41,423 bases of DNA from a virus (taxonomy: Duplodnaviria; Heunggongvirae; Uroviricota; Caudoviricetes): the IMG/VR virus record IMGVR_UViG_2728369188_000008, positions 1 through 41,423 of that record; one strand, 5' to 3'. The notes under the pieces were generated by a model. That model had not been told where the DNA came from and ran no database searches. It saw only the letters and a list, made by a program, of their open reading frames with translations. This document shows positions 1-9,645 of this stretch, piece after piece (within the stretch, counting starts at the first letter, position 1; each line of letters opens with the position of its first letter). Both the position numbers and the translations under genes were made by a program.

Positions 1-201
1 TTACCCATTGGCGCGGCTTAAGAGCTTATTTTTGAATTCACAATGGTCACGATATAACCATCTTGCTCGCCCGTGGATAACTTTGGCTTTTGGCAGGTCG
101 CCGGACTTAATCCGGTCATAGATGAAGGTCTTACCGAAGCCAGTATCAGCCATGATGAATTTCAAATCAACCAGTGAATCAGGTTGTAGTTCGTGTTGCA
201 T
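1..201 (-). CDS. xis: Excisionase / AlpA-family small DNA-binding protein (xis-like)
   Basis: 66-aa ORF immediately upstream of int in transcription order once the window ends are joined; basic helix-turn-helix-like segment (FIYDRIKSGDLPKAKVIHGRARWLYR). True start may be the internal Met. Confidence 0.6.
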   Translation of the reverse strand: MQHELQPDSLVDLKFIMADTGFGKTFIYDRIKSGDLPKAKVIHGRARWLYRDHCEFKNKLLSRANG

Positions 202-242
202 GAGTGCTATCTCCGAATATGGAATCGAACCTGCAAATCAGG

Positions 243-268
243 CAAGAAAAAGCCGCATTGATGCGGCG
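243..268 (-). terminator. Candidate intrinsic terminator between the 114-aa gene and xis
   Basis: Minus-strand hairpin gccgcatcaatgcggc followed by tttttctt. Confidence 0.4.
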
Positions 269-336
269 ATGGTAGGTCTGGATATCATTGAGCAATGAAC
301 AGGCCTCATCGAGAGTGAGGCGGTGTTATTTCATGG

Positions 337-681
337 TTAGTCCTTGCGTAGCTCGCTGATTCTTCTGTAAGTCTCTGGTGCTTTGTTTCCGTGTATCTTC
401 ATTTCAGACTTCAACAGAGCAACGAGGGAATCCCATTCGTTGAGGATTCCTTTGAATGCCGGAACGCGCTTTGCAACCTTGTTGAATGAATCTCTGATTT
501 CTGGAATCTGCTCAACAAGTGCAACGCATCGTCTGAAATCGGCTGCGTCATGGGGAGCGCCGAAGTGATGACCATAGATATTCTTTTTCAGTCCACATGC
601 GATTGAGGCAAGAGTTGCGCTACTGATGCCGACATCGCCAGTCGATTGCCATTTCAAAACCTTCATAGCCAAATCTGACAT
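337..681 (-). CDS. Hypothetical early-left protein (114 aa)
   Basis: Long ORF co-oriented with the left operon; no motif recognised. Confidence 0.5.
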   Translation of the reverse strand: MSDLAMKVLKWQSTGDVGISSATLASIACGLKKNIYGHHFGAPHDAADFRRCVALVEQIPEIRDSFNKVAKRVPAFKGILNEWDSLVALLKSEMKIHGNKAPETYRRISELRKD

Positions 682-781
682 TTCTTGTCTCCATAAAACA
701 AAACTCGCCGTAGCGAGTTCAGATAAAAGAAATCCCCGCGAGTGCGAGGATTGTTATTCACCTTTAACGGCAAGTTGCAGG

Positions 782-1336
782 TTAGCCACGGTTAACCTCC
801 TGAGGCGGTTCTGGTAGAGGCATCCAGTGAGTTGCCTGCTCAATACCATTACCCGGCTTAATCGTTACTTCTCCTCGCCGGAATGTGCTTCCTGTATAGC
901 GTGCGGAGCATATTAGCGGTTCAACCAGATCACTATCGAAATTCACCGAAATAAGTACGTTCTGGTTCTTTTCTGGCATTTGCTCACTACAGCTTATCCA
1001 ACTATCCGGAGTTCCCGGAGAGTTGCCATTTACATCGAAGTTTGGCTCTGCGTCCTGAACCAGGAGGATGTAACCATTCTTGGCAGTATCAAGTTCTGAC
1101 ACCTCGGTGACGGTGCCGAAATAGCGATTACCTAAATCAGCATCACAAGTGCTTACATCAATGGAAACTTCCATGCCTTCGATTAATTCTGGCAAGTTGT
1201 AAGTTTGGCTTACAGGCTCTGCTTCCAGCGATGCCAGTGCAATTCGTGCCAGTTCCATTTGTTCGCCACGAGTAAGTCCGTTATCAAGCGGATTTTTAAT
1301 GAATAATTCGATACGTTCTTTGGTAATAGTGGTCAT
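782..1336 (-). CDS. Hypothetical protein, possible DUF551-like C-terminal domain
   Basis: ATG at 1336 preceded by AAGGAGAG RBS and overlapping the upstream stop (TGAGATGA); C-terminal HWMPLPEPP motif. Track ORF 782-1378 trimmed to the RBS-supported start. Confidence 0.55.
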   Translation of the reverse strand: MTTITKERIELFIKNPLDNGLTRGEQMELARIALASLEAEPVSQTYNLPELIEGMEVSIDVSTCDADLGNRYFGTVTEVSELDTAKNGYILLVQDAEPNFDVNGNSPGTPDSWISCSEQMPEKNQNVLISVNFDSDLVEPLICSARYTGSTFRRGEVTIKPGNGIEQATHWMPLPEPPQEVNRG

Positions 1337-1337
1337 C

Positions 1338-2066
1338 TCACTCTCCTTTGATGCGAATGCCAGCGGCGCGGGAATCATTCCATCGCTTTACTTCTTCACG
1401 AATTACGTCAATGCATTCTTTCGAATCCATTAGGTAATCTTCATCAAAAAGACGTTCCTGTTCGTTTTCTATCGCAACAATGATTGCTTCAACTAACTTT
1501 TGTGCCTGAGAACCACTTTCTAACTCTGCTATGCGCTTACTTCCATCCGCGATTACTCCCTCGTAATATTCACGCTGCTCGTTGAGTTTTGATTTTGCGG
1601 CTTCCAGCGCCGCAACCAATTCGTCTACAGTTCCGGCAGCTTGCAGTGCGTAATCGGTAATAGACATCTCATGATCAATTTCAGTACCGTTCTCATTAGT
1701 TGAGGTGATAGCAAAATAATCAGAGTCGATTTCGTTATCAGCTAAGTGGCGTAGCGTATCGGCAACAAGCTGACCGTTTTCGATTAACAGCTTCCCTACC
1801 GTTAGCGCAATATCCTCGTTCTCCTGGTCGCGAGATTTGATGTATTGCTGGTTTCTTTCCCGTTCATCCAGTAGCGCCAGCACGGTTTCTGGTCCGGCCA
1901 GAATTTTGAAGGCGTTGAGCGCATCAATATCAACACCGCTATCTTTAAGTTCCTGCTCGCTTATCAGATCATCATCAACTGGCAACATTAACAGGCGTTC
2001 CATTGCCTGAATTGCACGCTCTGCCGCCTCACGCAGTGCCTGATAGTTAATTGTCATTCTCGCCAT
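1338..2066 (-). CDS. Hypothetical acidic helical protein (242 aa), Ea22-like by position
   Basis: Long ORF in early-left operon; acidic, coiled-coil-like composition. Confidence 0.5.
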   Translation of the reverse strand: MARMTINYQALREAAERAIQAMERLLMLPVDDDLISEQELKDSGVDIDALNAFKILAGPETVLALLDERERNQQYIKSRDQENEDIALTVGKLLIENGQLVADTLRHLADNEIDSDYFAITSTNENGTEIDHEMSITDYALQAAGTVDELVAALEAAKSKLNEQREYYEGVIADGSKRIAELESGSQAQKLVEAIIVAIENEQERLFDEDYLMDSKECIDVIREEVKRWNDSRAAGIRIKGE

Positions 2067-2740
2067 CCTTCACAGTTGTAATCACTACAGCCTTCAAAAT
2101 CATATGGGCTGTACTGCCAGGTAATTTTTCCGCAATGCGGACAATTCCAACGCACCTTCCCGCTTCGCGACTTCTTTCTTCTGTTCTGCTTTTTCAACCA
2201 GTCAGGCATGACCAAACCTGCGCCCTGAACCATTGTTCTGCGGTTAAAGTTATTGATATTGAACGTCCGGCGCTTTGCTGAATCAGCAATGGAAAATGGC
2301 AACCAAACTATTCCTGGTTCGTTTTTGTTGGCGACGCTAAAGATGGTCGCTTTACTGAAGTCATCTGTTGGCAATCCACCGTGTTGAAGCCAGTAAACAT
2401 CGTTGCCGTTCCAGCTACCTTTTTTGTAGGCCACATACGCAGTGCAATCTGACTCAATCAGGCTTTCTGTAGGGATGTACTGGCAATCAACGTGCCACAC
2501 AGCCATTGCATCCACGCTATCAGCGCAAACAGGCTGATCGATATCTCGTCCACAATTCCAGGCTTTTTGGGCTTCTTCCAGCGTGTAAACATGAGCGCGA
2601 TCGATATCAGAACTGTAACCATTGCCGTTATGGCAATGGAATGAGGCGTTATTACCCACAGTTTCACGCAAGCACATCATGTAAAAACGGTTACTCACTG
2701 GTTGCCTCCTTTGCTGGGCTTTCGAATGTATCAAACTCAA
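2054..2740 (-). CDS. Hypothetical Cys/His-rich protein (up to 228 aa), start uncertain
   Basis: Long ORF; C-terminal CPHCGK...C..YNCEG zinc-ribbon-like cluster; 5' end overlaps upstream gene so the true start may be the internal MM pair near 2680. Confidence 0.45.
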   Translation of the reverse strand: MSLIHSKAQQRRQPVSNRFYMMCLRETVGNNASFHCHNGNGYSSDIDRAHVYTLEEAQKAWNCGRDIDQPVCADSVDAMAVWHVDCQYIPTESLIESDCTAYVAYKKGSWNGNDVYWLQHGGLPTDDFSKATIFSVANKNEPGIVWLPFSIADSAKRRTFNINNFNRRTMVQGAGLVMPDWLKKQNRRKKSRSGKVRWNCPHCGKITWQYSPYDFEGCSDYNCEGWRE

Positions 2741-2990
2741 ACAACTTAACTACGTCATCAAACAGGACATAATCGCCATCAGAATCTTCAGTCATGTCAG
2801 CGCCACAATCCTGACCGAACGAGTCACAACCATCCATATCAAGCTCGTATCGCTTCAGGTTTGCGATATTTGATAAATTCAGCGCCAGTACAGCCAGGTC
2901 ATAAACCTCGTCAGCGGTATACCCTGCACCATGCCCATACATTTCAATGCGGGATATGATTTCTTCTACACGTTGTTTTGTGATCGTCAT
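2691..2990 (-). CDS. Hypothetical acidic protein (99 aa)
   Basis: ORF tightly packed (4-nt overlap) with the downstream 232-aa gene. Confidence 0.45.
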   Translation of the reverse strand: MTITKQRVEEIISRIEMYGHGAGYTADEVYDLAVLALNLSNIANLKRYELDMDGCDSFGQDCGADMTEDSDGDYVLFDDVVKLFEFDTFESPAKEATSE

Positions 2991-3685
2991 TTTTGCTCGC
3001 CTCCCTGTTCTTCCAGAAAAATACGCATAGCCTCAAGCATCTCTTCGGTGTCATACGGAGACAGCTTGTCACGCAGGATGTGTTCAATGCTGTTAATGAA
3101 CTTTCGGATTGCTTTGCGTTCAATTTCATCCAGGAAAGCATCGGTGGCTGGGGTTTCGACATTAGGTCGAAGCTCATAATCACAAACTCTTTCAATCCAT
3201 GGTGATACTCTGTCGCATTTCCTCTTCTTGCGTTCACCGACCTTGGTTGCCTGCTGAATAATTACCCCCCAGCAAATGCTTTCGACCTCTTCGCTCCATC
3301 CATCGCAAGCATCGCCTCTATAGTCGTCAATTGCAGCCTCAGCAGCAGCGATAGCCTCCTCAGCAGTTTTGTGACACTCGAAACTAAATTCAGAGCCATA
3401 TGAGAAATACATAGCCCCGGCCTTCAGCGCCGCATTCTCCGCCGCCAGCGCTGAAAACTTCTCGTGTGCCAACTTAACAGCCGAATCAGCCTGCTTAATT
3501 GACTCAATCGCTCTCTGCTGGTCTTCGGACAGAGCCGAAATCTTGGCCTCCGCTTCAGCAAATTTACGCACCAGATATTCAGCGTTTGTTTCGTTAACCT
3601 TTAAATCTCGTGGTATGCATTTACCTTTCAGAAATCCATCCATCTCAATTAGTGACATTAGTTTCATTTCTTCCCACTCCGCCAC
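2987..3685 (-). CDS. Hypothetical protein (232 aa)
   Basis: Long ORF in early-left operon; helical composition; no motif recognised. Confidence 0.5.
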   Translation of the reverse strand: MAEWEEMKLMSLIEMDGFLKGKCIPRDLKVNETNAEYLVRKFAEAEAKISALSEDQQRAIESIKQADSAVKLAHEKFSALAAENAALKAGAMYFSYGSEFSFECHKTAEEAIAAAEAAIDDYRGDACDGWSEEVESICWGVIIQQATKVGERKKRKCDRVSPWIERVCDYELRPNVETPATDAFLDEIERKAIRKFINSIEHILRDKLSPYDTEEMLEAMRIFLEEQGGEQK

Positions 3686-3861
3686 ATAGCATTCAGATAT
3701 TTGTTGTCATTAACAGAACCGAAACTATTTCTCTTAAGCAATTCCTCTCTCGATGGCATTGGCTTTACGCTTTGGCGAATAATCATTTCTGCCGGAAGAA
3801 TGCCGGGATTGTATGCAAGTCCTCTCATGGTAAATTCCTCAGTCATTACTGATAGCGCCAT
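3664..3861 (-). CDS. Hypothetical small protein (65 aa)
   Basis: ORF packed between neighbours in the same operon. Confidence 0.35.
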   Translation of the reverse strand: MALSVMTEEFTMRGLAYNPGILPAEMIIRQSVKPMPSREELLKRNSFGSVNDNKYLNAMWRSGKK

Positions 3862-4135
3862 AGCGTGAGCGGTAATTACGCAGGCGCGGGTCGATATATT
3901 CAGGGAAGTGGGTATATGTGGCTTTACGGAATGGTCGGATTGATGTTTCGTTTATTCGGTCTTTTTCCTGTTTTTCTGCGAGTTGTATATCGCGTCGGTA
4001 CTTCCGTTCTTCTTTTGTTTCTGGTGGCAGAGCAAGAAACGCGTCGAGATTATTCTTGATATTTTCCAGCACCTCCGATACGGAATTGCCGGAGCAGTTG
4101 CGCGGGTCATCCTCACCATACAGAGGCGCTGGCAT
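3839..4135 (-). CDS. Hypothetical protein (98 aa)
   Basis: ORF immediately downstream of the ssb-like gene in the recombination cluster. Confidence 0.45.
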   Translation of the reverse strand: MPAPLYGEDDPRNCSGNSVSEVLENIKNNLDAFLALPPETKEERKYRRDIQLAEKQEKDRINETSIRPFRKATYTHFPEYIDPRLRNYRSRYGAISND

Positions 4136-4158
4136 AATTAAATCCTTATTTTTCCAAA

Positions 4159-4542
4159 TCAGAATGGGATGGAATCGTCGTATTCAGGATGATTTTGATG
4201 ATTGCTACTTTGCTGCTGTTGGCTGTTTCCTGAAGTTGCAAATCCAATCTTTGCATTCAGTAATTCAAGAGTGATTGATTGACCATTTTGCCCCTGATAA
4301 ACATCAACCCTGATGTTTTCTCCGGTAATTTCCACAATGCCACCTTCAACAAGAACACTACGGTAGTAATCCGCTTGCGCTCCCGGCTTGGCAAATACAA
4401 CGGCGCTGTAGTTTGTCCATTCTTTCTTTTTTGTCTGGCGATCGTAATACTGAACGCCAGCACGGATGTTGAATCCGATATTTTCCCCGGCCTGAAACTC
4501 TCTTGCGGGCTTGTTTAGTCTTACAGTAATCGAATGTGCCAT
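4159..4542 (-). CDS. ssb: Single-strand DNA-binding (SSB-like) protein
   Basis: ATG at 4542 overlaps erf stop (TAATG); C-terminus QQQQSSNHQNHPEYDDSIPF resembles the acidic DDDIPF tip of bacterial SSB. Track ORF 4159-4632 trimmed. Confidence 0.55.
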   Translation of the reverse strand: MAHSITVRLNKPAREFQAGENIGFNIRAGVQYYDRQTKKKEWTNYSAVVFAKPGAQADYYRSVLVEGGIVEITGENIRVDVYQGQNGQSITLELLNAKIGFATSGNSQQQQSSNHQNHPEYDDSIPF

Positions 4543-5147
4543 TAAGCAGCCGCTCCTTCTAATTCGTCTCGTCTGATGTTGTAAACGTCCTGCGCTTTGT
4601 GCTGCTCCGGTGTGCCTTCGAGCAGCTTCCACGCTTTGGCGAACGCCTGTTTAAGCTCTTCTACGGTGTTTTTCTGCATTGCTGCGTCAGTGAATGCTTT
4701 TAGAACCTGTTCAGGTGTAGGTAATGGTTTTGATTGCTTTGCTGCTGCGTTCTGCTGATGTTTATGCTCGTCGGTATCTGCATCTTTCGCATCATCAATG
4801 CCGAATAAACCATTGAGGCAATACTTGCGTGCATAAGAGCTTGTAGCTCCCGTAACTTGTGCAGAATCCATTCCTTTCTTGCTTTCTTCCTCTCGTGCAA
4901 GAGCGGTTGCTTTATGACTGTTTTCGCCATCAGTAATAGTTGCCGTTGCTTTCACGTAATACCGATCACCAATCAACACAACTTCATCGCTGATTGATAA
5001 AAACAGGCCATTCAGTAACGGCTTAACACCCTCAAGAATGTCTTCGCAGCTTCTGTATTTATATTTGCCGAATGAGTTGTATTGATTCTTTGGCGCGTTC
5101 AGATTCTCCTGAATAGCTGCCAGCCTTGCGTAAAATTCTTTGCTCAT
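4542..5147 (-). CDS. erf: ERF-family single-strand annealing recombinase
   Basis: Protein beginning MSKEFYARLAAIQENLNAPKNQYNSFGKYKYRSCEDILEG matches my memory of P22 Erf; start taken at the internal Met of track ORF 4542-5177. Confidence 0.8.
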   Translation of the reverse strand: MSKEFYARLAAIQENLNAPKNQYNSFGKYKYRSCEDILEGVKPLLNGLFLSISDEVVLIGDRYYVKATATITDGENSHKATALAREEESKKGMDSAQVTGATSSYARKYCLNGLFGIDDAKDADTDEHKHQQNAAAKQSKPLPTPEQVLKAFTDAAMQKNTVEELKQAFAKAWKLLEGTPEQHKAQDVYNIRRDELEGAAA

Positions 5148-5248
5148 ATGTTTGTTCTCAGAATGGACATTCCCCAAGGAAATAACGCTGATTTAATACT
5201 TCGACTCGGGACAAATTAAGGCATACCCGCATTCCTTCGCGGTCGCCA

Positions 5249-5407
5249 TTATGGCGATGCCAGAGAGCTTTCTGCGTGTACATGCGTCTCTGTAACTTGC
5301 TCTCCTTCACTGTGGTTGCAAGTGACATGAATATCTCCTTCGTTACCGATTAATTCTTTCATCTGACGAATGAATTCTTCGTCTGACCAGTTATCTGTAA
5401 AACTCAT
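5249..5407 (-). CDS. Small hypothetical protein (52 aa) in the kil/arf position
   Basis: ATG overlaps cIII-like stop (ATGA); located between cIII-like and erf. Confidence 0.35.
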   Translation of the reverse strand: MSFTDNWSDEEFIRQMKELIGNEGDIHVTCNHSEGEQVTETHVHAESSLASP

Positions 5408-5574
5408 GGACGGCCTTGTTGTTTCAAAATATCCCAAAGCTTTTCGAGCAAACTTTTCATTCTTGGTTGTTTAAAGTCTGCTCCGGTTAAAATATTTTTT
5501 CGTGAATGCTGTACCGATAAAATCGGGTTGAAAGGGCGAACCGATGCCGCCCCTGCAATAGCGAACTGTTGCAT
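5404..5574 (-). CDS. cIII: cIII-like protease inhibitor (56 aa)
   Basis: N-terminus MQQFAIAG and central amphipathic KSLLEKLWDIL segment resemble lambda cIII; correct map position. Below the 60-aa ORF-track cutoff. Confidence 0.5.
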   Translation of the reverse strand: MQQFAIAGAASVRPFNPILSVQHSRKNILTGADFKQPRMKSLLEKLWDILKQQGRP

Positions 5575-5664
5575 AGGATGCTCCTTCTGTTTGATTGCAT
5601 AACGAAAACGCCTCGAGTGAAGCGTTATTGGTATGCGGTAAAGCCGCCAACAGGCGGCTATTTG

Positions 5665-5898
5665 CTATTGATTCTTTTCAAGAACATCAATGATGTCGTC
5701 CGGGTTGTCTCCGTTGTCTTCACAAAATGCTTCGAATTCAGCCCATTTCGCGCTGATAAAATCAATTACTCTCATTAATTCGTATTCCATATTTTTCTCC
5801 AGACCAAAAGAATGCCGCCCATATAGAGCGGCAAGACTATCAAGGAATGATTTCCAATAATCAGAACAAGTCGGCTCCTGTTTAGTTACGAGCGACAT
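5665..5898 (-). CDS. Hypothetical small acidic protein (77 aa)
   Basis: ORF with GGAG RBS between ral and cIII-like. Confidence 0.45.
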   Translation of the reverse strand: MSLVTKQEPTCSDYWKSFLDSLAALYGRHSFGLEKNMEYELMRVIDFISAKWAEFEAFCEDNGDNPDDIIDVLEKNQ

Positions 5899-5999
5899 TG
5901 CTCCGTGTATTCACTCGTTGGAATGAATACACAGTGCAGTGTTTATTCTGTTATTTATGCCAAAAATAAAGGCCACTATCAGGCAGCTTTGTTGTTCTG

Positions 6000-6179
6000 T
6001 TAACCAAGTTCTCTGGCAATCATTGCCGTCGTTCGTATTGCCCATTTATCGACATATTTTCCATCTTCCATTACAGGAAACATTTCTTCAGGCTTAACCA
6101 TGCATTCCGATTGCAGCTTGCATCCATTGCATCGCTTGAATTGTCCACACCATTGATTTTTATCAATAGTCGTAGTCAT
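6000..6179 (-). CDS. ral: Ral-like restriction alleviation protein
   Basis: 59-aa ORF (MTTTIDKNQWCGQFKRCNGCKLQSEC...) resembling lambda Ral; just downstream of N. Not in ORF track (below 60 aa). Confidence 0.6.
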   Translation of the reverse strand: MTTTIDKNQWCGQFKRCNGCKLQSECMVKPEEMFPVMEDGKYVDKWAIRTTAMIARELG

Positions 6180-6257
6180 ACGGATAGTCCTGGTATTGTT
6201 CCATCACATCCTGAGGATGCTCTTCGAACTCTTCAAATTCTTCTTCCATATATCACC

Positions 6258-6584
6258 TCAAATAAGTGGTTTGCTGCCTAATTTCATTTTCTGGCGACCA
6301 ACACAAGTCACACCCATTTCACTGCGTGGCTTGCTGTACCATGTGCGCTGATTCTTGCGCTCAATACGTTGCAGGTTGCTTTCAATCTGTTCGTGGTATT
6401 CAGCCAGCACTGTAAGGTCTATCGGATTCAGTGCGCTTTCTACTCGTGATTTCGGTTTGCGATTCAGCGAGAGAATAGGGCGGTTAACTGGTTTTGCGCT
6501 TACCCCAACCAACAGGGGATTTGCTGCTTTCCATTGAGCCTGTTTCTCTGCGCGACGTTCGCGGCGGCGTGTTTGTGCATCCAT
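6258..6584 (-). CDS. N: Antitermination protein N
   Basis: MDAQTRRRERRAEKQAQWKAANPLLVGVSAKPVNRPIL... matches lambda N with its Arg-rich boxB-binding motif; downstream of nutL/PL. Confidence 0.95.
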   Translation of the reverse strand: MDAQTRRRERRAEKQAQWKAANPLLVGVSAKPVNRPILSLNRKPKSRVESALNPIDLTVLAEYHEQIESNLQRIERKNQRTWYSKPRSEMGVTCVGRQKMKLGSKPLI

Positions 6585-6782
6585 CTTGATTCTCCTGTCA
6601 GTTAGCTTTGGTGATTGGATGGCCGGCGCTGAACCCCGGCTTACTGGTTAGAGCGCCCGCACTACCAGTGACGCTGTCTTGAGGCGCAGATTGGTTACTG
6701 CTTGCCATGAGCGCTGTTTATACATTGGTCGAGCATCAGCCTGCTCATTCATCCAATCCCAAAGCCTTCTGCTTTGAATGCT

Positions 6783-6813
6783 GCCCTTCTTCAGGGCTTA
6801 ATTTTTAAGAGCG
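6783..6813 (-). promoter_or_regulatory. nutL (boxA CGCTCTTA and boxB GCCCTGAAGAAGGGC hairpin)
   Basis: Reverse complement of 6783-6797 is GCCCTGAAGAAGGGC; boxA complement at 6806-6813. Confidence 0.9.
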
Positions 6814-6852
6814 TCACCTTCATGGTGGTCAGTGCGTCCTGCTGATGCGCTC

Positions 6853-6915
6853 AGTATCACCGCCAGTGGTATTTATGTCAACACCGCCAGAGATAATTTA
6901 TCACCGCAGATGGTT
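6853..6915 (-). promoter_or_regulatory. PL promoter with OL1, OL2, OL3 operators
   Basis: Three 17-bp sites TATCACCGCCAGTGGTA (6855-6871), CAACACCGCCAGAGATA (6879-6895), TATCACCGCAGATGGTT (6899-6915); -35 and -10 on the minus strand. Confidence 0.9.
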
Positions 6916-7061
6916 ATCTGTATGTTTTTTATATGAATTTATTTTTTGCAGGGGGGGCATTGTTTGGTAGGTGAGAGATCTGAATTGCTATGTTTAGTGA
7001 GTTGTATCTATTTATTTTTCAATAAATACAATTGGTTATGTGTTTTGGGGGCGATCGTGAG

Positions 7062-7090
7062 GCAAAGAAAACCCGGCGCTGAGGCCGGGT
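7062..7090 (-). terminator. tImm-like intrinsic terminator after rexB
   Basis: Minus-strand hairpin cccggcctcagcgccggg followed by ttttcttt, overlapping the rexB stop. Confidence 0.75.
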
Positions 7091-7524
7091 TATTCTTGTT
7101 CTCTGGTCAAATTATATAGTTGGAAAACAAGGATGCATATATGAATGAACGATGCAGAGGCAATGCCGATGGCGATAGTGGGTATCATGTAGCCGCTTAT
7201 GCTGGAAAGAAGCAATAACCCGCAGAAAAACAAAGCTCCAAGCTCAACAAAACTAAGGGCATAGACAATAACTACCGATGTCATATACCCATACTCTCTA
7301 ATCTTGGCCAGTCGGCGCGTTCTGCTTCCGATTAGAAACGTCAAGGCAGCAATCAGGATTGCAATCATGGTTCCTGCATATGATGACAATGTCGCCCCAA
7401 GACCATCTCTATGAGCTGAAAAAGAAACACCAGGAATGTAGTGGCGGAAAAGGAGATAGCAAATGCTTACGATAACGTAAGGAATTATTACTATGTAAAC
7501 ACCAGGCATGATTCTGTTCCGCAT
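7090..7524 (-). CDS. rexB: RexB, membrane component of the Rex exclusion system
   Basis: 144-aa multi-pass hydrophobic protein matching lambda RexB; downstream of rexA in the PRM transcript. Confidence 0.95.
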   Translation of the reverse strand: MRNRIMPGVYIVIIPYVIVSICYLLFRHYIPGVSFSAHRDGLGATLSSYAGTMIAILIAALTFLIGSRTRRLAKIREYGYMTSVVIVYALSFVELGALFFCGLLLLSSISGYMIPTIAIGIASASFIHICILVFQLYNLTREQE

Positions 7525-7539
7525 AATTACTCCTGATAA

Positions 7540-8379
7540 TTAATCCTTAACTTTGCCCACCTGCCTTTTAAAACATTCCAGTATATCACTTTTCATTCTT
7601 GCGTAGCAATATGCCATCTCTTCAGCTATCTCAGCATTGGTGACCTTGTTCAGAGGCGCTGAGAGATGGCCTTTTTCTGATAGATAATGTTCTGTTAAAA
7701 TATCTCCGGCCTCATCTTTTGCCCGCAGGCTAATGTCTGAAAATTGAGGTGACGGGTTAAAAATAATATCCTTGGCAACCTTTTTTATATCCCTTTTAAA
7801 TTTTGGCTTAATGACTATATCCAATGAGTCAAAAAGCTCCCCTTCAATATCTGTTGCCCCTAAGACCTTTAATATATCGCCAAATACAGGTAGCTTGGCT
7901 TCTACCTTCACCGTTGTTCGGCCGATGAAATGCATATGCATAACATCGTCTTTGGTGGTTCCCCTCATCAGTGGCTCTATCTGAACGCGCTCTCCACTGC
8001 TTAATGACATTCCTTTCCCGATTAAAAAATCTGTCAGATCGGATGTGGTCGGCCCGAAAACAGTTCTGGCAAAACCAATGGTGTCGCCTTCAACAAACAA
8101 AAAAGATGGGAATCCCAATGATTCGTCATCTGCGAGGCTGTTCTTAATATCTTCAACTGAAGCTTTAGAGCGATTTATCTTCTGAACCAGACTCTTGTCA
8201 TTTGTTTTGGTAAAGAGAAAAGTTTTTCCATCGATTTTATGAATATACAAATAATTGGAGCCAACCTGCAGGTGATGATTATCAGCCAGCAGAGAATTAA
8301 GGAAAACAGACAGGTTTATTGAGCGCTTATCTTTCCCTTTATTTTTGCTGCGGTAAGTCGCATAAAAACCATTCTTCAT
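7540..8379 (-). CDS. rexA: RexA, sensor component of the Rex exclusion system
   Basis: 279-aa protein matching lambda RexA; directly downstream of cI. Confidence 0.95.
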   Translation of the reverse strand: MKNGFYATYRSKNKGKDKRSINLSVFLNSLLADNHHLQVGSNYLYIHKIDGKTFLFTKTNDKSLVQKINRSKASVEDIKNSLADDESLGFPSFLFVEGDTIGFARTVFGPTTSDLTDFLIGKGMSLSSGERVQIEPLMRGTTKDDVMHMHFIGRTTVKVEAKLPVFGDILKVLGATDIEGELFDSLDIVIKPKFKRDIKKVAKDIIFNPSPQFSDISLRAKDEAGDILTEHYLSEKGHLSAPLNKVTNAEIAEEMAYCYARMKSDILECFKRQVGKVKD

Positions 8380-8491
8380 AATTCAATCCATTTACTATGT
8401 TATGTTCTGAGGGGAGTGAAAATTCCCCTAATTCGATGAAGATTCTTGCTCAATTGTTATCAGCTATGCGCCGACCAGAACACCTTGCCGA

Positions 8492-9208
<717 letters not shown>

Positions 9209-9211
9209 TTA

Positions 9212-9283
9212 AATCTATCACCGCAAGGGATAAATATCTAACACCGTGCGTGTTGACTATTTTACCTCTGGCGGTGATAATGG
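9212..9283. promoter_or_regulatory. OR3-OR2-OR1 with divergent PRM and PR
   Basis: TATCACCGCAAGGGATA (9216-9232), TAACACCGTGCGTGTTG (9239-9255), TACCTCTGGCGGTGATA (9263-9279); PR -35 TTGACT 9253-9258, -10 GATAAT 9276-9281. Confidence 0.95.
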
Positions 9284-9296
9284 TTGCATGTACTAA

Positions 9297-9506
<210 letters not shown>

Positions 9507-9513
9507 ATAACCC

Positions 9514-9545
9514 CGCTCTTACACATTCCAGCCCTGAAAAAGGGC
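9514..9545 (+). promoter_or_regulatory. nutR (boxA CGCTCTTA, boxB GCCCTGAAAAAGGGC)
   Basis: boxA at 9514-9521 and boxB hairpin at 9531-9545 directly after cro. Confidence 0.9.
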
Positions 9546-9604
9546 ATCAAATTAAACCACACCTATGGTGTATGCATTTATTTGCATACATTCAATCAAT
9601 TGTT

Positions 9605-9645
9605 ATCTAAGGAAATACTTACATATGCAACTTACAAGTACTCGC
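9605..9645 (-). promoter_or_regulatory. Candidate PRE with CII box (TTGC-N6-TTGT) over the cII start
   Basis: Minus-strand TTGCGAGTACTTGT at 9632-9645, at the same offset from the cII ATG as the TTGC-N6-TTGC box of lambda. Confidence 0.45.

Noticed and set aside
6184-6254. 28-aa highly acidic mini-ORF (MEEEFEEFEEHPQDVMEQYQDYPYDYDY) between N and ral
   Set aside because: Very short and low-complexity, overlaps the ral start in another frame; no support beyond an open frame.
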